Below, piece by piece: positions 1-10,318 of a DNA stretch of 64,000 nt. This DNA comes from Phycisphaeraceae bacterium. GTDB taxonomy: Bacteria > Planctomycetota > Phycisphaerae > Phycisphaerales > Phycisphaeraceae. The position numbers were made by a program, and so were the translations under genes. The stretch lies in NCBI GenBank assembly GCA_963674705.1, contig OY771506.1, positions 1,664,001 through 1,728,000 of the forward strand, read 5' to 3'. Within the stretch, counting starts at the first letter, position 1; each line of letters opens with the position of its first letter. The notes beneath the pieces were generated by a model. That model had not been told where the DNA came from, did no database searches, and saw only the letters and a program-made list of their open reading frames with translations.

Positions 1-670
1 GGAACCGCGCCACCTCCGGCGGGATCGACGCCTCGACCAGCGTGCCGTCGATGCGGTACCGCACCTTCAGCTTGTGCTCGAACGGCTCGAAGTGTACGTC
101 CGTCGCACGGCGTTCGATCGCTTCGATCAAAACCTGGTTTACTAACTGGATGATCGACGCGTCCTCGGCAACGTCCGCCAGGTCGATGTCGTCATCATTG
201 GTGACAAGCTCGATCCCGTCCGCCGCCAGCAGCGACTGCACCGTCGCAGCGCCGACGCCCAGGTGGGTCGCCAGCGCCCGGCGGATGGAATCGCCGGTAG
301 CGATGACCGGCTCGACGATACACCCTGTTGCCAGCCGCAACTCGTCCAACCCTCGACGGTCGAACACACGACTGGTAGCGATCTTCAGCCGGCCATCGCT
401 TCGGCTAATCGGTACGAGCTGATACGTTGTCAGCAAACGCGCGGGAAGCTCAGACAGTAACGCCTTGTCCGGCGGGGTCTGCTCCAGGTCAACGAACGGC
501 AGACCCAGCGTCTGCGCCAACGCCGGCAGCAAACGCTCTTCGGTCAACCCGTCCGCCTGAAGCACCGCCTCTTCAAGAGGTGTGCCCTCTCGCCAGGCCA
601 AACGCGCGCGTTCCGCGGTCGGCACGTCGATCAGGCCCCCTTCGGTAAGCTGGCTTATTACATCCCGCAT
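1..670 (-). CDS. GspE/PulE/PilB family secretion ATPase, N-terminal part (runs off window edge)
   Basis: Manual translation from ATG 670: MRDVISQLTEGGLID...LGLPFVDL (MshEN/T2SSE_N-like)...DASIIQLVNQVLIEAIERRATDVHFEPFEHKLKVRYRIDG, which is characteristic of this family. Not in the ORF track because it is truncated. Confidence 0.9.
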   Translation of the reverse strand, partial: MRDVISQLTEGGLIDVPTAERARLAWREGTPLEEAVLQADGLTEERLLPALAQTLGLPFVDLEQTPPDKALLSELPARLLTTYQLVPISRSDGRLKIATSRVFDRRGLDELRLATGCIVEPVIATGDSIRRALATHLGVGAATVQSLLAADGIELVTNDDDIDLADVAEDASIIQLVNQVLIEAIERRATDVHFEPFEHKLKVRYRIDGTLVEASIPPEVARF

Positions 671-703
671 GTCACTGACTTTCAATCAAAAAACATCCAG
701 CGA

Positions 704-1414
704 TCAGTCAAGCAGCCCTTGCAGCACGAGCGTCGCTTCCTGCTTGGGCGTCATGTAGCCACGAAGCTCTTCCCGAGCCTGACGAAGCGCATCCTGCATA
801 TTGTTACGTGCGCTGCGCAGGGCCGCGAGTTTGCTCTTGACCTCGTCGGCGCTGACATCATCCTTATCAAGTGTTTCACGCAGTGCGGTGGTCGCGTCAC
901 TGAGCGCTTTGCCTTGCGAACTCATGCTGTCGGTGTCGCCGAACATCCCGAATCCACCCCGGCCTCCGGGTCCACGGTTGCCACGGCCGCTGAACATCGA
1001 CGACATGCCCACCGCCATCTGTTCCTGGGTCAACTGACGCACCTTCTGGATCATGGGTAACAGCGCCTCGAACTCTTCGGCACTCATCTCCAGTTCCTCA
1101 CGCGTCCGGTCGTTCATCTCCTGTTCCATCTGCTTACGGCGTTCCTCGAAACGCTCGCGCATCTGCTCGCGCTGCTCGTCGGTCATGTTTTCCCAGCCGC
1201 CCCGGCCGCCCTGCCCGCGATCTCGCTGACCCGCCTCCCGGCCGCCATCACGCTGACGCGGCCCGTCCGGCGGCGGTCCGTCCTGAGCCAATACCACCGG
1301 GCTTGCCAGCCCAAAGCTCAACATCATGGCCAATGTTACAGCAATAGATTTAAGGTCCTTCATAGCAATGGTTTCCATATAAAGTGGTGTAAGGTTGCCT
1401 GTCCCCACGAGCAT
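704..1414 (-). CDS. Secreted helical protein, Spy/CpxP-like; true start probably near 1363 (MKDLK)
   Basis: Signal peptide ending VLA-QD, Gly/Arg-rich linkers, helical repeats (MTDEQREQM, MTPKQEATLVL). Confidence 0.6.
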   Translation of the reverse strand: MLVGTGNLTPLYMETIAMKDLKSIAVTLAMMLSFGLASPVVLAQDGPPPDGPRQRDGGREAGQRDRGQGGRGGWENMTDEQREQMRERFEERRKQMEQEMNDRTREELEMSAEEFEALLPMIQKVRQLTQEQMAVGMSSMFSGRGNRGPGGRGGFGMFGDTDSMSSQGKALSDATTALRETLDKDDVSADEVKSKLAALRSARNNMQDALRQAREELRGYMTPKQEATLVLQGLLD

Positions 1415-1626
1415 AACGACCCGATCCGTCGTTTATTGCTACGCCATGTCGTATCCCGGCTATCCAGCCTGACCATTTGCCCCGCAACACGTCACCCGTG
1501 TTTCTCTTGGCACGCAGGTCCATCAACCATGGCCCCATAATGGCAGGCTTCATCCAACTCAAAGGGTTAGCCTGAAATATTTCACGCAAATTTGAGTGCA
1601 ATACAGGGAATTCCCCTGGTCGATCT

Positions 1627-1653
1627 TAAATGGCAAGCCCTCCCGGACGATAT
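1627..1653 (+). promoter_or_regulatory. Putative sigma-28 (FliA) promoter of the MCP gene
   Basis: TAAA-N15-GACGATAT versus consensus TAAA-N15-GCCGATAA, upstream of a chemoreceptor. A weaker second match lies at about 1781-1808. Confidence 0.5.
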
Positions 1654-1835
1654 CACAGCAGCGGGACTAATGCTTTGATGGTTCGGCAGATACATCATGG
1701 GCGGTTCATCCACACAAAAGTCAATGCGCCGATCACGCAGCTATCTGTCTGAAATAACTGAAACCAGGGCTCGAGCGCAATAAACCACAAGCATTTATAT
1801 CCCGATGTTTATTAAGGGCGTTCCAGGAGAATCTC

Positions 1836-3599
1836 ATGCTTAATCGCTTTATGTCATTGGGGTTGGGGTTGCGGATCATCGCGGTGACCTTGGTCATCCT
1901 ATTCACCGTGGTTGTCGTGAATTACACCGTGTTCGTCAGCAAGTACCAAAACTCCGCCGTCGATGCCATGGTCGAAAAGGCCGCCGCCTTCACCGCCGTC
2001 GCGGACGAAGCCAAGAACCACGTGGCCGATCTGAACAACAAACAAACGTTCGCAACCGAGAAGTTGCTCGAAAAGGTCAAGGCCGACCTCGCGGCCGGCA
2101 AGTCCTACACCGAGTCCGACGTCTTCGGGACCATCCCCGTCGTCGCCGGCTGGACCGCCGCACAGGATGCCGCAAGCCGCGAAAACATCGACTTTTACAT
2201 CTCGGCTTATGATGCCCGTAACAAGGAAAACGAACCGGATACCTCATCTTTCGAAGGCATCCTGCTCACCGACCTGAATAACCAGGTCGCCTCCGGCGGC
2301 GCTGAAACCATCCACCGCATCGATGAAGCCACCAACACCCTGCACTACATGCGTGCTATCCGCCTTGAGCAAAGCTGTATGCTCTGCCACGGCGATCCCG
2401 CCACCAGCCCCACAGGGGACGGCAAGGATATCCTCGGCTTCACGATGGAAAACTGGCGGCCCGGCAAGATGCACGGCGCTTACCACGTCGCCCTCCCGCT
2501 GGCACCGATGGATCAGCAAGTCGCTTCCTTCATCACCGGTGGGCTCATGTGGACCGTCCCGCTTGTCGTTGGCGCGATCCTCCTGTTCATCTACCTGCTG
2601 CGCACCTTCTTCAGCAAGCCTATCTCAACACTGATCTCAAGTATCACCGAGATCCAGGATCACAACGACTTGACCCAGCGCGTCGACATCAAGTCCGACG
2701 ACGAGGTCGGCAAGCTCGGTAAATGCTTCAACAGCTTCATCGAAACGCTTCACGGCGTGATCAGAGATGTGGCTACTTCAACAACTGAAGTCGCCGGCGC
2801 AGCCACTGAAATCGCTGCCAGCAGTGAACAGATCGCCAGCGGCATGCGTGAACAAAGCTCGCAGGTCGAGCAGATCAGCTCCGCGGTCGAAGAAATGTCC
2901 GCCAGCGTCGAGGAAGTCGCCCGCAAGAGCGGCATCGCATCCAACGAAGCCAACGAGTCCGGATCCATGGCAGAAGCCGGCGGCCGGACCGTGCGTGACA
3001 CCATCACCGGCATGCAATCCATCGCCGAAGCCGTCAGCGCTGGTGCACTGAGCGTCGCCGAACTTGGCAAACGCGGCGAACAGATCGGGCAGATCATCAG
3101 TGTCATCAACGACATCGCCGACCAGACCAACCTGCTCGCGCTCAACGCCGCCATCGAAGCCGCCCGCGCCGGTGAGCACGGCCGAGGCTTCGCTGTCGTC
3201 GCCGATGAAGTCCGCAAACTCGCCGACCGCACCACCACCGCGACCGAGGAGATCGCCCAGTCGATCCAGGCTATCCAGGTCGAGACAGGTGAAGCCGTCA
3301 CCAAGATGAATGCCGGCACGGAACAGGTGAACGTCGGTGTCGAGAAAGCAACCGAGGCGGGCCACAGCCTTGAACAGATCGTCAACAGCGCTCGAAGTGT
3401 TGCGGGTAACATCCAGTCCATCGCCGCCGCCGCGGAACAGCAATCCGTAGCCGCCGGCGAAGTCAGCCGCAACATCGAATCCATCTCCGCCGTCACCGCC
3501 GAAAGCACCGAAGGCGCTCAACAAGCAGCTCAGGCTGCCACCATGCTTTCACATAAGTGCGAACAACTGCGAAGCATGGTCGCCCGCTTCAAGATCTGA
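1836..3599 (+). CDS. Methyl-accepting chemotaxis protein with a periplasmic c-type heme (DUF3365/Tll0287-like) sensor and HAMP domain
   Basis: Two TM helices, periplasmic CMLCH (CxxCH), HAMP ([11 protein letters not shown]), signalling hairpin [45 protein letters not shown]. Confidence 0.95.
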   Translation: MLNRFMSLGLGLRIIAVTLVILFTVVVVNYTVFVSKYQNSAVDAMVEKAAAFTAVADEAKNHVADLNNKQTFATEKLLEKVKADLAAGKSYTESDVFGTIPVVAGWTAAQDAASRENIDFYISAYDARNKENEPDTSSFEGILLTDLNNQVASGGAETIHRIDEATNTLHYMRAIRLEQSCMLCHGDPATSPTGDGKDILGFTMENWRPGKMHGAYHVALPLAPMDQQVASFITGGLMWTVPLVVGAILLFIYLLRTFFSKPISTLISSITEIQDHNDLTQRVDIKSDDEVGKLGKCFNSFIETLHGVIRDVATSTTEVAGAATEIAASSEQIASGMREQSSQVEQISSAVEEMSASVEEVARKSGIASNEANESGSMAEAGGRTVRDTITGMQSIAEAVSAGALSVAELGKRGEQIGQIISVINDIADQTNLLALNAAIEAARAGEHGRGFAVVADEVRKLADRTTTATEEIAQSIQAIQVETGEAVTKMNAGTEQVNVGVEKATEAGHSLEQIVNSARSVAGNIQSIAAAAEQQSVAAGEVSRNIESISAVTAESTEGAQQAAQAATMLSHKCEQLRSMVARFKI

Positions 3600-3626
3600 T
3601 CCAGCTCAAATCTTACACCAACATCG

Positions 3627-3663
3627 ACGCCCCGGCTCAACAAATTGGGCCGGGGCGTTTTTC
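3627..3663 (+). terminator. Intrinsic terminator after the MCP gene
   Basis: CGCCCCGGCTCAA-caaa-TTGGGCCGGGGCG followed by TTTTT. Confidence 0.8.
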
Positions 3664-3686
3664 TATATCAGTACGTCTTGTGTACG

Positions 3687-3757
3687 CCCCCTTTCCCCCC
3701 GGAGAGGGCCGGGGTGAGGACCGAAGTCTTTACGTCTTCAATCAATCATCAAGATCC
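3687..3757. repeat. MITE-like family A, left arm plus partial core
   Basis: CCCCCTTTCCCCCCGGAGAGGGCCGGGGTGAGGACC matches the left arm at 6345. Confidence 0.8.
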
Positions 3758-4747
3758 CACATCTATCACTACACGCCCACGCACCTCCCCCTTAAGTATT
3801 TTCTCCGCAAGCTCAATCAACTCCGACATCCGCCTCACCGCCGTCATCGCGTCCAAGTGTCTCGGGTCGAACGACTCGCTCAACGTCTGCCACGCCTTTT
3901 CTCGCTTACTCATCGGCGCCATCACAGAGTCCACGCCGATCAGCGCAATGCTTCGCAAGATGTGTGGCAGCACCGTTCCCGACAGCTCCGCGCCACCGAC
4001 CAATCCGCATGCCGTCACCGCCCCGCCGTACACCGTCTGTGCTAACACGTTTGCCAGCGTCGTCGACCCCACGCAATCCACCGCCCCGCTGTAACGCTCT
4101 TTTTGTAAAGGTCGGCCCGCTTCCGACAACGCCTTCCGATCGATCACCTCACTCGCGCCCAATCCTTTTAGATAGTCGTGCGAATCCGCTTTCCCTGTCG
4201 ATGCGACCACGCGATACCCGCGCGCCGCCAGCAAACTCACCGCCACCGAACCCACTCCGCCTGATGCGCCCGTCACCAGCACCTCCCCCTTGCCCGGCTG
4301 AATCACCCCCCACGCTTCCAGTTCATTCACACACAGCGCCGCCGTATACCCCGCCGTCCCGATCGCCATCGCCTGTTCAAAGCTGAACGCCTCCGGCAAA
4401 CGCATCAACCACTCCGCCCGCAACCGTTGATACCGCGTGTAACCCCCCGACTCCGTCTCCGACAAACCAAACCCGTTGACCACCACCCGGTCCCCCGCCT
4501 TCCAATCAGCCGAATCGGACTCAACCACCGTCCCCGCAAGATCGATCCCCGCTACCAAAGGCAACCGTCGCGCGATTCTTTGTTTCCCCGTAATCGCAAG
4601 TCCGTCCTTGTAATTCAGCGTCGAATACGCTACCTCCACCAGCACGTCATACTCAGGCAAATCATCTACCGTTATCTCACGAAACGCAGGCCGAACCCCA
4701 CCCTCACCTTCTTCAAGTATCAACGCGGTAAACTTTTCATCCTTCAT
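3749..4747 (-). CDS. acuI: MDR-family oxidoreductase (YhdH/AcuI, acryloyl-CoA reductase-like)
   Basis: YSTLNYKDGLA, AGIDLAGTV, AMAIGTAGYTAAL, VTGASGGVGS, GVDSV, GRVVID. Confidence 0.85.
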   Translation of the reverse strand: MKDEKFTALILEEGEGGVRPAFREITVDDLPEYDVLVEVAYSTLNYKDGLAITGKQRIARRLPLVAGIDLAGTVVESDSADWKAGDRVVVNGFGLSETESGGYTRYQRLRAEWLMRLPEAFSFEQAMAIGTAGYTAALCVNELEAWGVIQPGKGEVLVTGASGGVGSVAVSLLAARGYRVVASTGKADSHDYLKGLGASEVIDRKALSEAGRPLQKERYSGAVDCVGSTTLANVLAQTVYGGAVTACGLVGGAELSGTVLPHILRSIALIGVDSVMAPMSKREKAWQTLSESFDPRHLDAMTAVRRMSELIELAEKILKGEVRGRVVIDVGS

Positions 4748-4768
4748 CAAATTACACCTCTTCTTTTA

Positions 4769-4870
4769 CCCCCTCTCCCCCCGGGAGAGGGTCGGGGTGA
4801 GGGCCGTAGCATATTAAACACACACATCTTCAAACCCGCTCAAGACTCTTTAACTTCCAACAATTCTAAT
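4769..4870. repeat. MITE-like family A, left arm plus degenerate core
   Basis: CCCCCTCTCCCCCCGGGAGAGGGTCGGGGTGAGGGCCG...CTTCAAACCCGCTCAAGA. Confidence 0.8.
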
Positions 4871-4905
4871 CTTCACTCATCCCCCCGCCACCCTCGCGCA
4901 AAACA

Positions 4906-6333
4906 GTGACACAACCCACCCACCAACTTATCATGAACCTCATGAAAACACACCGGATACTACCGCTCTGCCTGATCCTCCTAATCACCACCCCGCTTGC
5001 CGCCAAAGACGTCCCGGCGTTTCAAGCCGGCGACCGCGTCGCATTCATCGGCGACTCCATCACGCACGGCGGCAAGTACCACGCCGACATCTACCTCTTC
5101 TACGCTACACGTTTCCCCGATCAACCTTTCAACGTCTACAACTGCGGCGTAGGCAGCGACAACGCGCCCGGGACCTTCAAACGCTTCGAGTCCGACATCG
5201 CAGTCCACCACCCGAACGTCGCCACCATCATGCTCGGCATGAACGATTCATGGTCCTCATGCTTTTCTGAAGGTGAACCCACGCCCGAAATGCTCGAAAC
5301 CCGAAAGCGATGCCACAGCACCTACGAGCAAGGCATGGCAAACCTCGCCGATGCGCTCACCGATGCGGGGTGCCAAATCATCCTCATCAAACCCTCCATC
5401 TATGATCAGACCGCGCAGCTCGAAAGAAAAAACTACCCCGGCAAGAACGACATGATCGTCGAGTTCGGCCAATACCTCGAAACCCTCGCCACCCAACACA
5501 ACGCATCCATCGTCGACTTCACCACCCCCATGCTCGAAGTCAACGCCAAGATGCAGGCCCAGGACCCGACCGCCACCATCGTCGGCGGCGACCGCGTCCA
5601 CCCCGGAACCGCCGGCCACTTCCTCATGGCCTACGCTTTCCTCAAAGCGCAAAACATGCCTGCCATCGTCTCCTCGATCGAACTCGACGCCGCCAATCAA
5701 ACCACAGGCAAACTTGAGAACTGCGCTATTAACGATGATCTAAAATTCTCCGACGACACCATCCAATTCACCTGCACCGAAAACGCGCTGCCTTACCCAC
5801 TCACCGATGCGCAGACCAAAGCCCTGCAATGGGTCCCCTTCCAGACCGAACTCAATCAGCAAATATTCAAAGTTACTTCACTAAAGCCCGGCAAATACCA
5901 ACTCACCATCGACGACACCCCCGTCGGCGTCTACTCCGCCGATGAACTCGCCCAAGGCATCAACCTTTCAGATAACAGCGCCACCCCACAATACAAACAC
6001 GCCCAGCGCGTCGCCGACGCACTCAACGACATGCTCACCGTCACAGGCCAACTCCGCTCCATCGCCTACATGCGCTACATGGTCATTGATAAACAAGACC
6101 CACCCATCCAGGAATCAGACCACGCCGCCGTCAAGCAGGCGCTCGACGCCTACGTCGCCAAAGCCGAAGGCAAACCCTGGTACGACTACTACCAAAGACA
6201 AGCCAATCGCTACCTCGAACTGTCCCCAAAGGAAGATGAACTCAAAACAAACGAACAATCCCTCATGGACCACATCTGGCAAATCAATAAACCAGTATCT
6301 CACCACTGGCAACTCAAACGCGTAAGCAATTGA
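4906..6333 (+). CDS. Secreted SGNH/GDSL hydrolase (start may be 4933 or 4942)
   Basis: FIGDSITH, NCGVGSD, MLGMND and DRVHP blocks; signal peptide. Confidence 0.9.
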   Translation: MTQPTHQLIMNLMKTHRILPLCLILLITTPLAAKDVPAFQAGDRVAFIGDSITHGGKYHADIYLFYATRFPDQPFNVYNCGVGSDNAPGTFKRFESDIAVHHPNVATIMLGMNDSWSSCFSEGEPTPEMLETRKRCHSTYEQGMANLADALTDAGCQIILIKPSIYDQTAQLERKNYPGKNDMIVEFGQYLETLATQHNASIVDFTTPMLEVNAKMQAQDPTATIVGGDRVHPGTAGHFLMAYAFLKAQNMPAIVSSIELDAANQTTGKLENCAINDDLKFSDDTIQFTCTENALPYPLTDAQTKALQWVPFQTELNQQIFKVTSLKPGKYQLTIDDTPVGVYSADELAQGINLSDNSATPQYKHAQRVADALNDMLTVTGQLRSIAYMRYMVIDKQDPPIQESDHAAVKQALDAYVAKAEGKPWYDYYQRQANRYLELSPKEDELKTNEQSLMDHIWQINKPVSHHWQLKRVSN

Positions 6334-6344
6334 CAGAATTCTTA

Positions 6345-6508
6345 CTCCCTCTCCCCTTGGGAGAGGGCCGGGGTGAGGGCCGTTGCGAAATAATCATACG
6401 TTGTTTCAAACACGATCAAGATCTCTTTACGCCATCAGCAATCGAAGTCTTCATGCACAATCAACCCGGCCCTCACCCTAGCCCTCTCCCGCGGGGAGAG
6501 GGGACCGG
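6345..6508. mobile_element. Full-length MITE-like family A element (about 165 bp, inverted arms)
   Basis: CTCCCTCTCCCCTTGGGAGAGGGCCGGGGTGAGGGCCG, then about 85 bp of AT-richer core, then CCGGCCCTCACCCTAGCCCTCTCCCGCGGGGAGAGGGGACCGG. Confidence 0.75.
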
Positions 6509-6580
6509 GAAAAACAGTTTCTTCTTGTTCAGTTAAGATAAACGTATCGATGTATGAAGATATAGTCATGTTGGTGTACC

Positions 6581-7888
6581 GTGACAGATATTGACTCATT
6601 AACAACACCACGAACCGCCCTCAACTGGCCCGGCAAACAAGCCGCTCGCGAGCTCGTCACTACGCCCGCTGCCGGCGATCTACTCCCCTGCCCCGATCAA
6701 TCCATCAATCCGGATAACACTGACAACCTCTTCATCGAAGGCGATAACCTCGACGCGCTTAAACATCTCGCTAAGACACACGCGCAGCGGATCAAGATGA
6801 TCTACATCGATCCGCCTTACAACACGGGTAAGCGGTTCATCTATCACGACCGCAACCACGCAGCTTCCGGGGGGGAATCCGGGAGCGAGACCGGGGGCGA
6901 AACAAATGGGGATACGCATGCCGGCTGGCTTAACATGATGTATCCGCGTCTGCTGCTGGCTAGGCCGCTGCTCAAAGATGAAGGCGTGATCTTCATTTCG
7001 ATCGATGACAACGAACTGCCACGCCTTCGGCTTCTTTGCGATGAGGTCTTTGGCGAGGACAACTTCGTCGCGGTTTTTACATGGCAGACCAAACGAGCGG
7101 CGCGTGGCGTGCCGCCGACGAATCTGTTGATGGTCAATCATGAATACGTCGTCTGCTACGCGATCGACAAGACCAAGGTTCGCTTCCGCGGGCTGGATCG
7201 TGATGAGAAAGACTTTGCGAACCCGGATAACGATGCGCGCGGGCCCTGGCGGTCCGAAAGTATGAAGGCGACCGGCAAGCAGGACAACACGTTTACGATT
7301 AAAGACCCCGCGACAGGCAACACGTTTACCGCGAACTGGGCGTTTGCGGAGGCGACGCTCAATCAGATGATCGCGGACAACAAGGTGCTCTTCCCTTCAA
7401 CGCCTGCCGGCACGCCTCGGCAGAAGAAGTTCATCAATACGTATCGCAACCCGACCAAGGCGGCGATCACCTCGCTTGGCTGGCATTCAACCGAAAACGC
7501 AACCAAACAACTCATGAACCTCTTCGAAGGCCAAAAGGTCTTCGATTTTCCTAAACCGCAAAGCCTGCTTCGCTTCTTCTGTCAGCAAACGCTAGCCGAG
7601 GACGACATCGCGCTCGACTATTTTGCCGGTTCGGGCAGTCTCGCGCAGGCGGTCATTGAGTTGAACGAAGCCGATCGAGGTGATCGGCGGTTCATCCTCG
7701 TGCAGCGAGCTGAGCCTTGCGATCACAAGTTTTCGACCTCGCAATCGACGATCGAAACCATCGCGGAGGTTTGCAGGCAGCGCATCGCGCGCGTGATCGA
7801 GAAAGTCAAACGCGACCGCGATGATCCGGCGCACGATTCCGTCGCGGACATGCCCGCGCTGGGGTTCAAAGCGATGCGGATCGGATGA
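6581..7888 (+). CDS. Type III Mod-like N6-adenine DNA methyltransferase (orphan)
   Basis: LFIEGDNL, IYIDPPYNTG, WLNMMYPRL, FISIDDNE, FDFPKP, LDYFAGSGS, RRFILVQ. Confidence 0.9.
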   Translation: MTDIDSLTTPRTALNWPGKQAARELVTTPAAGDLLPCPDQSINPDNTDNLFIEGDNLDALKHLAKTHAQRIKMIYIDPPYNTGKRFIYHDRNHAASGGESGSETGGETNGDTHAGWLNMMYPRLLLARPLLKDEGVIFISIDDNELPRLRLLCDEVFGEDNFVAVFTWQTKRAARGVPPTNLLMVNHEYVVCYAIDKTKVRFRGLDRDEKDFANPDNDARGPWRSESMKATGKQDNTFTIKDPATGNTFTANWAFAEATLNQMIADNKVLFPSTPAGTPRQKKFINTYRNPTKAAITSLGWHSTENATKQLMNLFEGQKVFDFPKPQSLLRFFCQQTLAEDDIALDYFAGSGSLAQAVIELNEADRGDRRFILVQRAEPCDHKFSTSQSTIETIAEVCRQRIARVIEKVKRDRDDPAHDSVADMPALGFKAMRIG

Positions 7889-8317
7889 CGGCGTTCGTGC
7901 GCACGGGCCTCAATCACGACAGGACCGTGCGCTCAATCGGTGGTGGATAACGGGTCTGCCACTACCCTCTAATTTGCCTTCACGCACAACTGCGGTTAGC
8001 ACCCACACCTCACCTATCGCACAGCCTCCAACTCCGAGACCCAAAACCCAATTACATTGTCTTGACCCATCACGACACCATCTGAACCGCCACGATCTCA
8101 CAGATCAACGGTCGAATGTGCCACATCCTTCTCGAACCATGCCGATCCTCACCACCACTCGCACCACTCGGCCACCCAACCCTCTCAATAAAGATCGTAT
8201 TTAGCCTAAATACTAAGTTCCTGGGTGACACGCAGAAGCGGGTGGATTGTGTTGGGTGGGGTGGGCGGCGGATTCGATGTCTGGTAGATGATGCGTAAAC
8301 GAATGTGTGGCAAATGG

Positions 8318-8833
8318 TTAGCTGCCAAGCACCAGGGACAGGACATGCTGTTTCATGGCAGGCACCTGCTCGGCGACTTCGGCGCTGAGTTGGTCGGCTT
8401 CGTCGAAGCGGTCGGTGCTGATGCTGACGATGTAGGCTTCGGGTGCTCGGCCGAAGAGTTGTTTGGCCATGGCGAGCAGGCGCGGCAGCGTCCAGTGATG
8501 GGTCAGGCCCGTCTCGGTATCGCTGGGCGAGCTGTTGTTATCGTCGTATGCCTCTGGCTGAGCGCGAGTTACGCTGACGATGCCGACCGGTTCGCCGTCG
8601 GGCACACGCGCATCTATTAAAACAGCACGCCTTGCTTGTGAAAGCTCCAAGGCGTGCTCGGGTAATAGCTGATGGGTGATGACGAAACGGTATTGGTTGT
8701 CCGGCAAGGCTTTAGCGTCAAGCTCGGTCTCTGCCTGCTCGGCGACGATCGGTCCAACACCGTCGTCGCCCCGCATCGGGTTGCCACAGGCGATCACCAG
8801 CGTGTCGACCGACACGTCAGGCGTCTCAGCCAC
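8318..8833 (-). CDS. hoxW: Hydrogenase maturation protease
   Basis: [29 protein letters not shown]. The GTG at 8833 overlaps the hoxH stop (GTGGCTGA). Confidence 0.88.
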   Translation of the reverse strand: MAETPDVSVDTLVIACGNPMRGDDGVGPIVAEQAETELDAKALPDNQYRFVITHQLLPEHALELSQARRAVLIDARVPDGEPVGIVSVTRAQPEAYDDNNSSPSDTETGLTHHWTLPRLLAMAKQLFGRAPEAYIVSISTDRFDEADQLSAEVAEQVPAMKQHVLSLVLGS

Positions 8834-10253
8834 GCGTAACCTCGTCGAGTTTCGCGCCGGACCGATCCACAAGTTCAATGTGCATCGGCATTTGCCCCAC
8901 CGCGTGGGTCGAGCAGCTCAGGCACGGGTCGTAGGTTCGGATGACCGCTTCGACGCGGTTGAGCATGCCTTCGGTCAGGTTCTTGCCGTCCACAAACGCC
9001 TCGGCGACCTGCTTGATGCCGCGGTTCATGGCGATGTTGTTGTGGCCGGTGGCGATGATCAGGTTCGCCCACTTCATCTGGCCGGTGGTCCGATCGATCT
9101 TGTAGTGGTGGATCAGCGTGCCGCGCGGGGCTTCGGAGATGCCGACGCCCTCGGAGCGGTTGGGCCTTGCGTGGGCTCGGACGTGGTCGCTGAGGATGTC
9201 CTTATCCTTGAGGAATCTTTCTATACGTTCAACGCCTGTAAGGATTTCCAGCAATCGTGCCCAGTGGAAGTGGAAGCTGCTCTGGGCGGGATAGCCCGCG
9301 ACCTTGCGGAAGTCTTCCAGTTCCGCATCGGCCTTGGGTGTGCCGAAGCCGGAGCAGATGTTCACACGCGCCAGCGGGCCGACGCGGTAGATGCCCTGCG
9401 GGTAGCCCATCGGCTTGTAGTACGGGAACTTCAAGTAGGTGTAGTCAGCCACGGCTTCACCGATGTACTCGTGATACTCACGGTGCGTGATGCTGTCGTG
9501 CATCACTTTGCCGCGCGAGTCGGTCATGCGTAGCTTGCCGTCGTAGTGTTCCCACTGGCCTTCGGGGGTCACTAAACCCATGAACAGCGTCTCAAAGTTC
9601 GCGAACGCTTCGATTTCCTTTTCAAAATCGCCTAGACAACCCTTGAACCAGTCGAGCGTACGCAGGACGATCTCTTTGGTTTCCGGGATCATGGCAGCGA
9701 TCTTGTCGCGGCGTTCTTCGTTCAGTGGTTCGTTGACGCCGCCGGGCACGGTCCACGCGGGGTGGATGCGTTTCTTGCCGAGGATCTCGATGATCTGTTG
9801 GCCGAACGAACGCAAGCGGATGCCGTCACGCGCACGTTCCGGATGATCCTGGATCAGGCCGAAGACGTTGCGCTTCGCGGGGTCGGAGTCCATACCGAGC
9901 AGGATGTCGGGGCTGGAGAGGTGGAAGAAGCTGAGCGCGTGCGACTGGATGAACTGTGCGAGGTTCATGATGCGTCGCAGCTTCACGCCGACGGGCGGGA
10001 CTTCCACGGCGAGCAGGTCGTCGCATGCTTTGCTGGAAGCCATGAGGTGGCTGACCGGGCAGATACCGCAGATGCGAGCCATGACGGCGGGCATTTCGGT
10101 AAGGGGTCGGCCTTCGATGAACTTCTCGAAGCCGCGGAACTGCGTGACGTGGAACATCGCATCATCGATCCCGCCGTCGTCGTTGAGAACAAGCGTGATC
10201 TTGGCGTGGCCTTCGATACGGGTTACGGGATCGATGGTAATGGTTTTAGGCAT
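8826..10253 (-). CDS. hoxH: Bidirectional NAD(H)-linked [NiFe] hydrogenase large subunit
   Basis: [11 protein letters not shown]1 [22 protein letters not shown]2 DPCLSCSTH, followed by a cleavable C-terminal extension. Confidence 0.97.
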   Translation of the reverse strand: MPKTITIDPVTRIEGHAKITLVLNDDGGIDDAMFHVTQFRGFEKFIEGRPLTEMPAVMARICGICPVSHLMASSKACDDLLAVEVPPVGVKLRRIMNLAQFIQSHALSFFHLSSPDILLGMDSDPAKRNVFGLIQDHPERARDGIRLRSFGQQIIEILGKKRIHPAWTVPGGVNEPLNEERRDKIAAMIPETKEIVLRTLDWFKGCLGDFEKEIEAFANFETLFMGLVTPEGQWEHYDGKLRMTDSRGKVMHDSITHREYHEYIGEAVADYTYLKFPYYKPMGYPQGIYRVGPLARVNICSGFGTPKADAELEDFRKVAGYPAQSSFHFHWARLLEILTGVERIERFLKDKDILSDHVRAHARPNRSEGVGISEAPRGTLIHHYKIDRTTGQMKWANLIIATGHNNIAMNRGIKQVAEAFVDGKNLTEGMLNRVEAVIRTYDPCLSCSTHAVGQMPMHIELVDRSGAKLDEVTRG

Positions 10254-10318
10254 CGTCGTATCTGCCGAATGTAGGGTTCAAAAGTTAGGCGTTTTCGCCT
10301 GTAAATTTCACTAAATAG

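Noticed and set aside
2750..3524. Long antisense ORFs over the MCP, and similar ones over hox, ftsK, the GH29 gene and dnaE
   Set aside because: They are shadow ORFs expected from high-GC codon bias opposite well-supported genes.
6345..6508. Family A arms as FtsK KOPS sites
   Set aside because: GGGAGAGGG and GGGTGAGGG do not match GGGNAGGG, and they occur in both orientations.
6330..6536. Short ORFs with PLPLGEGRGEG / PHPNPLP motifs (also 15365, 16050, 21679, 21976, 32274)
   Set aside because: These are translations of the family A repeat, not genes.
7940..8220. Replication origin or dif site
   Set aside because: There is only one near-match DnaA box (TTATCCACC on minus), no AT-rich unwinding element and no XerC/D consensus.
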